63,082 nt of DNA, filler included, from Reclinomonas americana ATCC 50394 (GCA_048213135.1; 8 parts of 4 records of this genome joined end to end with filler, not necessarily neighbours in it), one strand, 5' to 3'; shown: positions 17,471-29,843, counted from the whole stretch's first letter. The notes: generated from the sequence alone by a model not told the origin. Numbers and translations are program-made.

Positions 17471-18798
17471 TCACGGCGGTGCACACGCCAAACACCATCT
17501 GGCGAGCGATCGAGCTGAATTACTGAGCATGTATGCCAAACGATCGTCGGCGTTCAGCTGGAGGAACTTGCGGAGCTCAACCGACTTCACGCCTGCCAGC
17601 GCGGCTTCGCGATCGGCTTCCGCATCGGCAGAGCGGAAGTCGTCCGGGTTGAATGTTGCACCAACAGAGGGATCCTCGAGGCAGTTGTCGAAGTCGAAAT
17701 CGAAGACGTCGAATTCATCGTCGAGAACAAACCGCGGATCGGTCCACTCCCGACGCGACTGTGGCACATATCCGGGCAAGCCGTAGAACACCGCATCCAC
17801 TGCCGGGCAGCACAGCACCATCCACGTCACATCAGACTGCGTGGCCGCCACAACCTTCTCGCATACTGCGACACGATCCGCCGCAGAGGCCACCCACACT
17901 CGCAGACACNNNNNNNNNNNNNNNNNNNNNNNNNNNNNNNNNNNNNNNNNNNNNNNNNNNNNNNNNNNNNNNNNNNNNNNNNNNNNNNNNNNNNNNNNNN
18001 NNNNNNNNNNNNNNNNNNNNNNNNNNNNNNNNNNNNNNNNNNNNNNNNNNNNNNNNNNNNNNGGTGTGCGGAGATGGATGGGCAGATTTTGGTCGCACTT
18101 GAGAAGGAGTACGTCACCGGCGTGATCAAGCCAGAACAGTTTTCAGCCGCCCTCTGTCACCTGCAACAGTCGCTGGCCAAGTGCGTGGTCGACGGCACTG
18201 CGGTGTCTGTGGAGACTGTGCCTCTTCTGCGTGTGCNNNNNNNNNNNNNNNNNNNNNNNNNNNNNNNNNNNNNNNNNNNNNNNNNNNNNNNNNNNNNNNN
18301 NNNNNNGACTGCCTCGCAACAACTCGCGTGGATCCACTGCACGATCGCCAGTCTGCGCGACAGCCTCTGGCCACTTTTGTCGCCACTTCTTCAACGGCGG
18401 TGGCTTGCCTGTGCAGCGAGAGAGAGAGAGAGAGAGAGAGGGAGACCACTTGTGTAAACAAAAAGTGACTGCCACACCACGATGACCTTCATACAGCACA
18501 CAAACGCACCAATCGTGGTCCGCCGCACAACAAAAGTGTGGTCCGCCTGTTGCTCGGTGGCCCTGCCGTCTGTCTCGAGCCAGTGTTGCAGGCGACACAT
18601 CACCTCGTCATCATCGACCCCAGATCCGAGAGGCACACGAAAGTGGGGCGTTGCACGTCGTCTGCGAGATGTCGCACGGCTGCCAGCTGCCGCTGATGGA
18701 CTGAGCAATGCAGACTCCACCGGCGCAGTGGCACACTCGGAAAGAGATGTGACTGTCGCGGTCGTTGATGAGTGCAAATCATCCTCCGCAGTGCCGCT

Positions 18799-18829
<31 letters not shown>

Positions 18830-18882
18830 TGGACGCGCGACTGGTTCGTGCATGACGCCAAAGCAGATGCTGCGCTCATCAT
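17471..18882 (-). CDS. Orphan repeated-family protein, copy D (diverged C-terminus; gapped)
   Basis: MMSAASA..R10..RLQHWLETDG..|KPPPLKKWRQKW...WMVLCCPAVDAVFYGLPGYVPQ...ELRKFLQLNADDRLAYML..*. Confidence 0.68.
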
Positions 18883-19204
18883 GAGGCAAGGAAACAGGGA
18901 GCACCACGCCTTCAACCAAAAATTCGCGCTGGCCTGTTGCCCATGGCCAGCTGCAGAGGTGAATGCGAGGCGTGAGACACGGCTGCAGACACCGTGGGCC
19001 ACTGCGCCGACGCACCTCACAGAGGTGAAGTGAAGAGATGCCCGACTCAAAGTGACTGAGCAATCCTCAGCAGAGCAGCGTGTGCTCGAGTCACCACGCA
19101 GAGGAGGAAGAACGGACTGAGAGAGACAACACCCCGCTGCGGAAGCGCAAGAGAAGTGCGTGATTGACCAATTTGCGACGATTTCATCTCTCACACACAC
19201 ACTC

Positions 19205-20014
19205 ATGCGCATTCAGAGACAAGTAAAGTGGCTCAGCGTGCGCGCTCTGTCGCACGAGGACGGCGGCAGTGGCAGCAGTGAGCAGCCGCAGCGATTGCCG
19301 GCGCCGCCCATGCTGCCAGAGGGCGGCGACATGCCACTCACCGCAGCATCACTCACTGGCGCAGGCGAGAGCGCAGGCGCTGCTTCCTCCTCCTCCTCGC
19401 TGTCGTCTGCCTCAGCGGGAGGCTCATCGGCTGTTGTCGCACCCAAGTCGGATAAGGCTGCGGAAGTGCAGGAAGCGGTGTGTGTGTTTGTGTGTGTGTG
19501 TGTGTCGGCTTGTGCTTACACGTGTGTGTGCTCAGCGTGCGTGGGAGCTTGCCACGGGTCACTGGAAGAACCTCATTGGTGTTGGCTTGATGCACTATAT
19601 GAGTGGCTCCAGTCTCGGTTCGTCACTGACACACACACTTATACACAGTTGCATGCATTTTCTTAGGGATTCACTGCCTCCCTATNNNNNNNNNNNNNNN
19701 NNNNNNNNNNNNNNNNNNNNNNNNNCCCTCTTCCCCCTCCCGCAGACAACATCTGGACGATCATCATCACGTTCATGTTCCTGGTGAACCCCATCCGCGA
19801 CATGCTCAACGTCAACAATGTGTTTGCCTCGCTGGAGGACTCGGGCCTCTTCCTGCTCAAGTACAAGATCATGCACGTGCTGATCCACGGCATCTCACTC
19901 GGCATGGCTCTGTGGAAGATCCACGCCATGGCGCTGCTGCCGAATTCGCTGGATGACTTCTTACCGCATGCTACGCTCCGCTCGCCGCTGCAGTACTCAC
20001 CACCACTGGCGTGA
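19205..20014 (+). CDS. EMC4: ER membrane protein complex subunit 4
   Basis: RAWELATG..KNL...MHYMSGSSL|..IWTIIITFMFLVNPI..LNVNNVF..LE...ALWKIHAMALLP..DDFL matches the EMC4/DUF1077 pattern. Confidence 0.85.
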
Positions 20015-20093
20015 GGTCGCGCGTGTGTGTGAATAGAAGACGAATGGCGTCGTAGTTTGTTGGATTCATCGTCATTTCTTTATCGTGCGTGGT

Positions 20094-23000
20094 TCACTCC
20101 ATGTGGAAACCGCTGCCGCCCCATGAGAACGCNNNNNNNNNNNNNNNNNNNNNNNNNNNNNNNNNNNNNNNNNNNNNNNNNNNNNNNNNNNNNNNNNNNN
20201 NNNNNNNNNNNNNNNNNNNNNNNNNNNNNNNNNNNNNNNNNNNNNNNNNNNNNNNNNNNNNNNNNNNNNNNNNNNNNNNNNNNNNNNNNNNNNNNNNNNN
20301 NNNNNNNNNNNNNNNNNNNNNNNNNNNNNNNNNNNNNNNNNNNNNNNNNNNNNNNNNNNNNNNNNNNNNNNNNNNNNNNNNNNNNNNNNNNNNNNNNNNN
20401 NNTGCCTCCATGCGGTCGCGCAGTTGCTCGTAGGTGGAGTATGGGTACAGGCTGATCTGGTAGGAGCACAGGTGCGCCTGTGGAATGTACGTCTCGCCGC
20501 CTGGTGCGTCCAGTCGTAGCACCGTGGTGATTTTGACGGCCGACAGCACCGACGAGTTGGGATTGTAGAGGGCGCCGGAAGGAAGAGCTGTGCGTATGAA
20601 CATGAGTGCTGCCATCCACCACCCTCTCCCTCTCCAGCGTCGACGCAACTCGGCAGGCCCGTGACGTACTCCACAAACTTGCAAATGTAATCCGGCTGCT
20701 GCGCCTCCCACTCGTTAAACAGGCGCGTCACGTTCTGCTGCATCTCCGCCGGCAGGTCGCCCCAGTTGATGAACGCCATGAGAGCGGCGGCCGAGACGGA
20801 CGTGTGGCCGAGCAGCAGCGCCGAAATCTCCTCGTACGTCAACATGCGCAGGCTGCTCTCAATGCCCAGCACGCCCGCACACCAGAAGAAACCTACAGTG
20901 CCGCGCGTGATACACACACATATTCAGCATGAACGGAATTAGAGTTTGGGGGAAAAGGGGGATAAACACACGACATACCATCGCGAATGTGCTCCAGCGC
21001 CTCCTGTCGACACGTGTACAGGTAGTACGTGGTGCGGCAGCGAATGTACTCGTGCTTGTCGGCATCGCTGACGATGCGTTCGGGGTCACCACCGGCCGTG
21101 TCCCACGTCGTGTACAGCTCCTCCACGTGCGGTGTGGCCAGCAGTGATTGCAGTGAACGTGCCAACACCGGATCGAACACCTCCAAGTCGCGCAGTGATA
21201 CGGGGGCACCGGTGAGGAACTTGAACAGAGCTGGCGCAAACGAAACGCCCGGAATCATACGAGCGTCCATGATGCACTTGGCCAGAATGCACCCCAGAGA
21301 GCGGAAGCGCGCCGTTTGAGTGGGATCGTAAGGGCCCTCCACAGGCATGCTGAATGCCGCACCACTTGCCGACACAAACAGGTCCGGTTGGGCAATCACT
21401 TGCGCAAAGAACTGCGAGCGATACGAGTCGGTGAATGGGAAGCGCAACAACGACATGAAGTGCGGACAAAGAGTGCCGCAACGTCATTGTACAGATTGGT
21501 GAGGAGACCGCCCTGGTCCTTGCCGTCCTCGCCGACGAATGTGATAAACAGGCTCTTCTTGTAATCCGTCTCTGTGCACGCAGGCGCGTAAGAGTAGGTC
21601 GTCCTTCGTGAAGCACTCTCACAACGATGCACGAACCATCTAGTGTCGCAAATGCCGTAAACACATCCTCGAGCAGTGCGTCACGACGAATGCTGACGGG
21701 CTTGCTGCACGGATACGAATAGGAGAAGTTGAGCTTCCAGGTAGCAACGAGTGTGACTCAGGGTAAAGGCACACGCACCGGCCCTGCAAGAAGTCGTCGC
21801 GATTACGAATGACGCCAATGGCCTCGCGGAAGGCGCTGATCTTGGCGTCGCTGGACACCATGCGACCTGCGCGCGCGGTGCACAGATGATTAAATAAAAG
21901 CTATCAAGGTACCTCACACCGTTACACATTATGCGCACCCTCTCGCCTCAAGTGCTCGGCCGTCTTGTCGGCAAAGAAGGGGTGCGCACAAATGGTGAAC
22001 ATGTCGGGCCGTTGCGACGGATCCACGCGAAGCATGCTCATGACCAGCTCGTATGCCTCGCGGCCAACAAGCGTCTGGTCAAAGCCACCGACCTGCACGT
22101 ACCATCGCCATCCCTGGTGAGCGCGCACACACGTAAGCCAACAATCACATCTTCCAAACCTGGCCATGGGCATCGACTTCGACGCGCAGCTTGTTGCCGA
22201 CCAGTGCCTTGCACAGCATCACACCCAAACTGTAGACATCAGCGGCCGGCGTAACCTCAGAGGTCGGGTCGCGGGTGCCGCGCAGCTCCGGCGCCAGGAA
22301 CTCGTCTGCAAAACCAGGAAGAGTCAGATCGTGTGCAAGGGGCGTGCGGCACCATTGCAAGCACGCACCCTCCTTGCGCTGCAGCAGAGCCGGGTTGGTC
22401 AAGCCGGGTTCCTGCGCGTGGTCAAAGCCGACAATCACAGGCCGCTTGTCGTGCACCACCACATTGCGCAGACTGAGCGCCGTGTGCACCACATTGTGCT
22501 GGTGCATGTACAGCAGGCCGTGCACAATGCGGCCAAAGATGAAGCGCACGTCGAGGTTGTGCGGCTTGTTCACCATCAGCCACTCCTCCAACGTCGGTCC
22601 CTGGAGTCACAGAGAGAGTGAGGGCGTGCATCTCTGAAAATTACCGCACAGCGGCGGACGAAACTGAATAGTACGGCATTTGCGCGTACAAGACGGTAAA
22701 GTCGAAAAAGTAGGCTTGCAACGGTGTGACGGCGGGGTGATGCAGGCGATGCAATGCCCTGTTTCACAGCACGCATATGTGAGCACAAATACGCACTTCA
22801 AAGTGCAGCATGTTGTCCGAGAGAGTACGCACCACAGGCCATCCACAACAGCAGTGGTCTCATCCACGGCGTACCGCTTCAGCACGCACTGCTGTCCCTT
22901 GTGACTGTGGAATGCAGGGGGCGGGGAAAATGAGCGACCGCCAAGCACAACAAGTGCCGACAGACGTCACACGTACCGCGCAAGGAACGTGGAGTTGCCG

Positions 23001-26000
23001 AGTTTGCGTTCCACCTCGTAGTCGCTAAACGTGCGCACCACCTCCAGCCCGTTCAGCACCATACGATAGGCCGACGGCTCTGACGACGCCACAGCCGCTA
23101 CATCGGGGAACTGCTGTATCAAGGCGGCGTTGGCGACGAGGAAGTCAGCCAGGTCGTTCTTGTCGCGCTCGGCCGCATCCAACATGTCCTTCAGCTGCCT
23201 CTGTGCCTCCGCATACACACTCTCCTTTTCGCTGTACAGCTCCATCTGCGGTCACAGTGGTCACCACAATGACTGCATGTGGCAGCCTGCGTGCGCCAAT
23301 GCAACGTACCTTCTTCAGCACAAATTTCTGTCGCAGCGCCTCCTGCGCCGACTGCACCACGGCACGACGCTTCTTGCTCAATTCGGTCTGCAGATGCGAC
23401 TTTTGCTGGCGCACTGCGCGTGCGCGAAAATTGACTGTGAGAAAAATGGAGCGCAAGTGGCATGTCATTGAGTGAGACGCAACAATCGGCAACCGACTTG
23501 AGCTTGTTCTCCGCCTCGACAAGGCTCGCTCGCAAGTCGGAAATCTGCTGCATGCGCAACTCGACCACCTGGCGGATGCTACCACCGGCGCGGCATTGGT
23601 CCAACAGCACTCGTGCTGCGGCAGTCAGCTGCGCGAACGGAGCCGCACTGGAGGTGAGGAGCTGCATATACACANNNNNNNNNNNNNNNNNNNNNNNNNN
23701 NNNNNNNNNNNNNNNNNNNNNNNNNNNNNNNNNNNNNNNNNNNNNNNNNNNNNNNNNNNNNNNNNNNNNNNNNNNNNNNNNNNNNNNNNNNNNNNNNNNN
23801 NNNNNNNNNNNNNNNNNNNNNNNNNNNNNNNNNNNNNNNNNNNNNNNNNNNNNNNNNNNNNNNNNNNNNNNNNNNNNNNNNNNNNNNNNNNNNNNNNNNN
23901 NNNNNNNNNNNNNNNNNNNNNNNNNNNNNNNNNNNNNNNNNNNNNNNNNNNNNNNNNNNNNNNNNNNNNNNNNNNNNNNNNNNNNNNNNNNNNNNNNNNN
24001 NNNNNNNNNNNNNNNNNNNNNNNNNNNNNNNNNNNNNNNNNNNNNNNNNNNNNNNNNNNNNNNNNNNNNNNNNNNNNNNNNNNNNNNNNNNNNNNNNNNN
24101 NNNNNNNNNNNNNNNNNNNNNNNNNNNNNNNNNNNNNNNNNNNNTGTGTGAGTGAGTCAATAGTGAGGAACAGTGTGGAAGAATGGCCCGACACATACCG
24201 CGTGCAGCGCGCCGTGTGGCTTGTTGAACAGAAACTCGGGGCTCTCCTCGACGGAGGCATAGTGCTTGCTCGGATCGTGCAGCATGTCGCCCAGCGAATT
24301 CATCAACCTGCCACAGGGAGAAAAAACACAGCTCAGCTCGAGAAGAAAGGAAACGAGGCGCGGGCTGCCGACTCACCGGCACAACTCCTCCGTGTGGTCA
24401 ATGACCCAGTGCTCAAACGACTGCAGACGCTTCAGCACCGATTGCACCAACACCGTTGGATTGGCGTCGCGCTCCTGCGGTGCCAGCGACTCAAACGCCG
24501 ACGACGACAAGGACGAAGCGGCGGACGGCGAAGGAGACGGAGAGGTGGGCGACGTGACTTGTTCGCCGCTCTGGCCGAGCTTGGAGAGTGCCTCGCCCAC
24601 ACTTGGCACAGTGGAGGTGTCGAGTGCAGCCAAGCGTGCAGCGTGCAGCTCGCGCGCCTGGTCCAGCACCGCAGCGTACTCGCGCATGTTTTGCGCAAGG
24701 TCGACCGCCAGCGCCTCCTGCTCGCGACACAACTCGAACACCGTGGCCACCGGCATGTCTGCAGACGTTGTGTGTGAGCACCGGNNNNNNNNNNNNNNNN
24801 NNNNNNNNNNNNNNNNNNNNNNNNNNNNNNNNNNNNNNNNNNNNNNNNNNNNNNNNNNNNNNNNNNNNNNNNNNNNNNNNNNNNNNNNNNNNNNNNNNNN
24901 NNNNNNNNNNNNNNNNNNNNNNNNNNNNNNNNNNNNNNNNNNNNNNNNNNNNNNNNNNNNNNNNNNNNNNNNNNNNNNNNNNNNNNNNNNNNNNNNNNNN
25001 NNNNNNNNNNNNNNNNNNNNNNNNNNNNNNNNNNNNNNNNNNNNNNNNNNNNNNNNNNNNNNNNNNNNNNNNNNNNNNNNNNNNNNNNNNNNNNNNNNNN
25101 NNNNNNNNNNNNNNNNNNNNNNNNNNNNNNNNNNNNNNNNNNNNNNNNNNNNNNNNNNNNNNNNNNNNNNNNNNNNNNNNNNNNNNNNNNNNNNNNNNNN
25201 NNNNNNNNNNNNNNNNNNNNNNNNNNNNNNNNNNNNNNNNNNNNNNNNNNNNNNNNNNNNNNNNNNNNNACGACAAGAACAATAGGAAACAATCCTCACA
25301 ACACTCACCGGCGCGCCCACCGAGGCGAGCCTGCAAATCGGCCAGCCCGCGTTGTTGCAGCTCCACACGCTCCTGCCACCCGCGCACGCCGAGTGCCAGC
25401 ATGTCGGCGTAGTAACCGTGGAACTCGTGCACTTGCGTGCGGAGCGCCTGGTACAGTGCCGCCGTCTCCTCGCGCATCACACCGTAGAGCGAACGACTGA
25501 ACTGATGCGACTGAATGATGGTGTTGCCGGCGGACATTTTGCGCAGCAGCGTGTCGGCCGCCCCATGCAGCGTCTGCAACAAACTGCCCGCCACCGACGG
25601 CGACATGAGCGACATGCCAGCACCGGGGAACGCCGGCGCCACGTCCACCGACACCGGCGTCGGCGGATTCAACATGCCCTTGGAGATGGGCTGCTCCGGC
25701 ACAGGCTCCGGCGTCAACATGCACGACTCCACCGTCAGCACACACTGCTCCAAATCCCCATCGCTCATCTGCGTCGGCGTGCTCAATCCCACAAAGCTCG
25801 CCTCCAACAGAATGTCCACGTAGCCACTGCAGCACCCAGTCAGCGCGAGGCAAGAGGACGGTGGGGCGGGAGAGCGAGGAGAACGAAACGATGAAGTCAG
25901 CGCATACGGAATCGACAGGCGCATCAGCACCTCCGACGAGGCATTCTCGTCTGTGGTGTACGACACTGAACAGCCATCCGCATCGCGCTGGTGGTGACAG

Positions 26001-26790
26001 TGATGAGTGAGTGAGTGAATGTGTGAGAGAGAGTCAAAGTGCGGAAGAATGGACAGCAACGCAACCACAATCAAATGCGCTCCGACTCGACATTCCACAC
26101 GAGCGCTCCATCGCAGCTTGGCCTGCACGCGCACACACACACACGCCTTTGTGAGTCTCTCTCTCTCACACACTCACTCTCACATTTGTGAGTGTCATCA
26201 ACTCACCTCCAGCACCCACTTTGAGTTGAGCGGAACATAACAACGATTGCGCAGCAGCACACCAGAGCAGAAGGGGAGCACCACAGTGACCGCGCCCTGC
26301 ACGTGAGAAAGTGTGTGAGAGAGACTAAGAGTGAGTGTGAAAAAAATGCACACACACACCTTATCACTGGAGAGTCGCGGAAACCGTTTCCACGACTGTC
26401 GCGTTGATCGGATTTCCCAGTCAAGAGGCGCAACATTCATTGATTCCTGTGCACACACAGAGAAAGAGAGACAAGTGAGTCAAAAATAGACACTTGCAGA
26501 TGGACGACATGCGCAAGTGAATGAACCATTGCAGTGCTCGGGCCTGTTGCTGAGCTTCCAGAAGCCGCCATTGTGTATCAATGCACAGTGCGCAGCAACG
26601 AAATAAGTAAGAGATAGAGTGAGTGAGGACAGATGCGCTCGCTGTCGCATCTGTCCCACCTGATTGACACACTGACACACTAACACGCACGTAATGGTTC
26701 GCAAGAGCAAGCCGGTGAAGTTCACACACGCTGCTGCAGCTGCTCGGCAGCGCGAGGAGGAGGAGAAGGCGGAGAGGAGCGATGCGTCAA
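20094..26790 (-). CDS. Large protein with an unknown N-terminus, coiled coil, pseudokinase domain and C-terminal HECT E3 ligase (gapped; 5' end uncertain)
   Basis: Kinase fold: CVLKRY, IVHGLLYMHQHNVVHTALSLRNVVV, IVGFD, FLAPE, ADVYSLGV, MLRVDPSQRP..HPFF. HECT: IRRDALLED, FVGEDGKDQGGL, FRSLGCILAKCI, LFKFL..VSLRDLEVFDPVLARSL, FVEYVTG, PQAHLC, YSTYEQLRDRM, GFHME*. Confidence 0.85.
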
Positions 26791-27077
26791 GTAGCACAGG
26801 TGAGTGAGTGAGAGAGAGTGTGTGCAAGCGAGTGTGTGTGTGCTAGAGACAGCGCATGTAGAAGTGCGCGTGTGCAAAGTGATGAANNNNNNNNNNNNNN
26901 NNNNNNNNNNNNNNNNNNNNNNNNNNNNNNTTAATTAATTAANNNNNNNNNNNNNNNNNNNNNNNNNNNNNNNNNNNNNNNNNNNNGGAAGCGCGTGCGT
27001 GTGTGCGTGTGTGTGCGTGAGTTTGTACATGTGCACATTCACATGCCCACCTGCACGAGGCTCACTCGAATGTGCAG

Positions 27078-29843
27078 GCTCCGAGTACGACGATGAGGAC
27101 GGCGATGACAAGATGGAGGAGGAAGAGGAGGAGGTGTTTGCGCTGCGTGGGGGACGCGCGGAGCCGAAGACGCGAAGGCAGCGGGAGGAGGCCGCCATGC
27201 AGGTGTCCTCGTCCTCGGAGGAGGAGGCAGAAGAGGAGGCAGACGAGGATGATGATGATGATGACAAGGAGGATGATGCGCGGGGTGGAGCGACCAAGGG
27301 CTGGGGACGCAATCGATTGGGATACTATACGGTGGGCGAGGAGTTGTCGGACGAGGAGGAGGCAAAGCAGGAGGAGGAGGAGGCGCGTCGTCTGCAGCGC
27401 ATGCGTGCGGAGGCGCTGAATGAGGGCGACTTTATGGCCGGGTGGAACAATGATGACGATGGCGATGACGAGGAGGAGGAAGAGGAGGAGGAGGACAAGT
27501 CGGCGAAGAAGAAGAAGAAGAAGACGACGACGAGCAAGGAGAGCAAGACGAAGAAGAGCAAGAAGAGCAAGCGTGCGGNNNNNNNNNNNNNNNNNNNNNN
27601 NNNNNNNNNNNNNNNNNNNNNNNNNNNNNNNNNNNNNNNNNNNNNNNNNNNNNNNNNNNNNNNNNNNNNNNNNNNNNNNNNNNNNNNNNNNNNNNNNNNN
27701 NNNNNNNNNNNNNNNNNNNNNNNNNNNNNNNNNNNNNNNNNNNNNNNNNNNNNNNNNNNNNNNNNNNNNNNNNNNNNNNNNNNNNNNNNNNNNNNNNNNN
27801 NNNNNNNNNNNNNNNNNNNNNNNNNNNNNNNNNNNNNNNNNNNNNNNNNNNNNNNNNNNNNNNNNNNNNNNNNNNNNNNNNNNNNNNNNNNNNNNNNNNN
27901 NNNNNNNNNNNNNNNNNNNNNNNNNNNNNNNNNNNNNNNNNNNNNNNNNNNNNNNNNNNNNNNNNNNNNNNNNNNNNNNNNNNNNNNNNNNNNNNNNNNN
28001 NNNNNNNNNNNNNNNNNNNNNNNNNNNNNNNNNNNNNNNNNNNNNNNNNNNNNNNNNNNNNNNNNNNNNNNNNNNNNNNNNNNNNNNNNNNNNNNNNNNN
28101 NNNNNNNNNNNNNNNNNNNNNNNNNNNNNNNNNNNNNNNNNNNNNNNNNNNNNNNNNNNNNNNNNNNNNNNNNNNNNNNNNNNNNNNNNNNNNNNNNNNN
28201 NNNNNNNNNNNNNNNNNNNNCCGGTGAGGATGAGGAGGACGCGGAGCACATGTCGGTGGAGCGGACAAAGGCCACGGCGGAGGAGCTGGCGGCGTTGGTG
28301 CAGCGCGATGCGCCGGAGTTGTTGGATCTGTTGGACGACATTCGTGCGCGATTGAAGGAGGTGCAGGAGACGGTGCGGCCCGTGTTGCAGCGCGCCGAGA
28401 AGGATCCGTCCCTGGCCACCTCCAATGGCGTGGCCTACTTGCATGTCAAGCATCGTTGCGTCCAGCTACATTCACACACTCAAACAGGCGAGATGCTGAT
28501 CCGTTTTTCCGCTTCGCAGAGTTGCTGCTGTCGTACTGCATGAATGCCATGTTTTACGTGTTGTTGAAGCTGGAGGCGCGGTCGGTGGCGCGTCATCCAG
28601 TGATTGCACGACTGGCGGAACTGCGTGCGGTGATGGAAAAGTGCCGTCCGCTGGATCAGAAGCTGCGGTATCCGATCGAGAAGCTGCTGCGTGCGGCGCA
28701 GGTGCACGATGCTCGGCAGGTGGTCACGGGCGATGGAGTGCTGACTGCCGACGCCGAGGCCGTGGCCAAGTCGTTCAGACCACGACCGGAGGCTCTGGTG
28801 CGCAAGAATGCGGCCGGCGACGAGGTGGATGAGGAGGAGGAGGAGGCCGACGACGAGGCGGTGGAGAGTGGTGGTGTGTACCGCCCTCCGCGCTTGGTGC
28901 CCGTGACGTACGAGGATGGAGAAAAGGTCGAGGCGAAGCGTCAGAAGCAGAAGCGGTGGGAGGAGCAGAAGCTGCGAAGAGCAGAACGGAGCGAATTCGT
29001 GCAGTCACTGCGTGCCGAGGTGGAGGACGCACCGGAGGAGATGGAGGTGGTCGGCGCATTCGGTAGCGCGGCAAACCGAGGACGTCGCGAGAAGGAAGAA
29101 CGCCTCGCTGAGGAGCGGCGACAGTACGAGGAGGCCAATTACACTCGTCTTTCGCTCTCCAAGAAGGAGCAGATGCGCGGTCGACAGGGAGCGGTCAACT
29201 TGCCGAATGACTTGCGCGACTTTGACGAGTTTACCGACCTCAGCTTTGTCGACCGCAGCGGTTCCGATCCGGCGGCGCTGGCACGGCTGATGCGCTCACA
29301 GGCGCTGGAGGCGGCCACGGCGGCCAGCAAGAGTGGCGAGGAGGAGGCGACAAGGAGAGCGAACAAGAACAAGAGGCGGCGTGAGGAGCTGGATGCCGAG
29401 CTGGCCGACGACGCCGCCGGTGTTCAGGAGGCTGATGCGTTCTACGAGAAGACCACCATGGATCAGAGCGAGAGGAAACGACAGAGGCGGGAGTCGCGAA
29501 AGCCGTTGCGTGTGGTGCAGGAGGGGGGCGGTTTGCCGAGTGCATGTGATGCTGACACGTCGTGGATCGCAGTGTGGCACCACAACCGTTGCCCGACACG
29601 ACTGTCGACGATGGCGAGAAGCGCAACGTTTCGTACCAGATTATGAAGAACAAGGGCCTGATGCCGTACCGCAAGAAGGAGGCGTTCTCTGGCCGCGTCA
29701 AGTTCCGCAACAAGCTCGACACCGCCATGAAGAAGCGACGCTCGGTGGTGCGCGACGTGGCCAGTGCTTCCGAACGCGGCGCACCATACCGCGGCGAGGC
29801 CACGGGTATCCGCGCCAGTGCTGTCCGCAGTACAAAGTTGTAG
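27078..29843 (+). CDS. UTP3: SAS10/UTP3-family SSU processome protein with neuroguidin/Lcp5-like central motifs (5' truncated, gapped)
   Basis: WGRNRLGYY..EEEEARRLQ, APELLDLLDD, YLHVKHQLLLSYCMNAMFYVLLK..HPVIARL (Sas10/Utp3/C1D domain), and the Sas10 C-terminal domain KRNVSYQIMKNKGL..RVKFR..YRGEATGIRASAVRSTKL*. Confidence 0.9.

Larger units (their letters stand above)
13371..18925 (-). repeat. Tandem array of a ~1.55-kb gene-containing unit, at least 4 copies
   Basis: Unit ends GTGCCGACAA..GAGAGAGATCGGTCAGTC recur at ~13371, ~14923 and ~16463. A fourth, diverged copy spans 17471-18925. Confidence 0.93.

Noticed and set aside
18063-18236. Inverted piece of the repeated gene, suggesting an invertible cassette
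   Set aside because: Flanked by gaps on both sides; when flipped it abuts 18307 exactly to complete copy D. Most likely a mis-oriented contig.
13371-18925. Array as a transposon or CRISPR-like structure
   Set aside because: No terminal repeats, target duplications, transposase/RT motifs or short repeat-spacer periodicity. The unit is an intron-containing gene.
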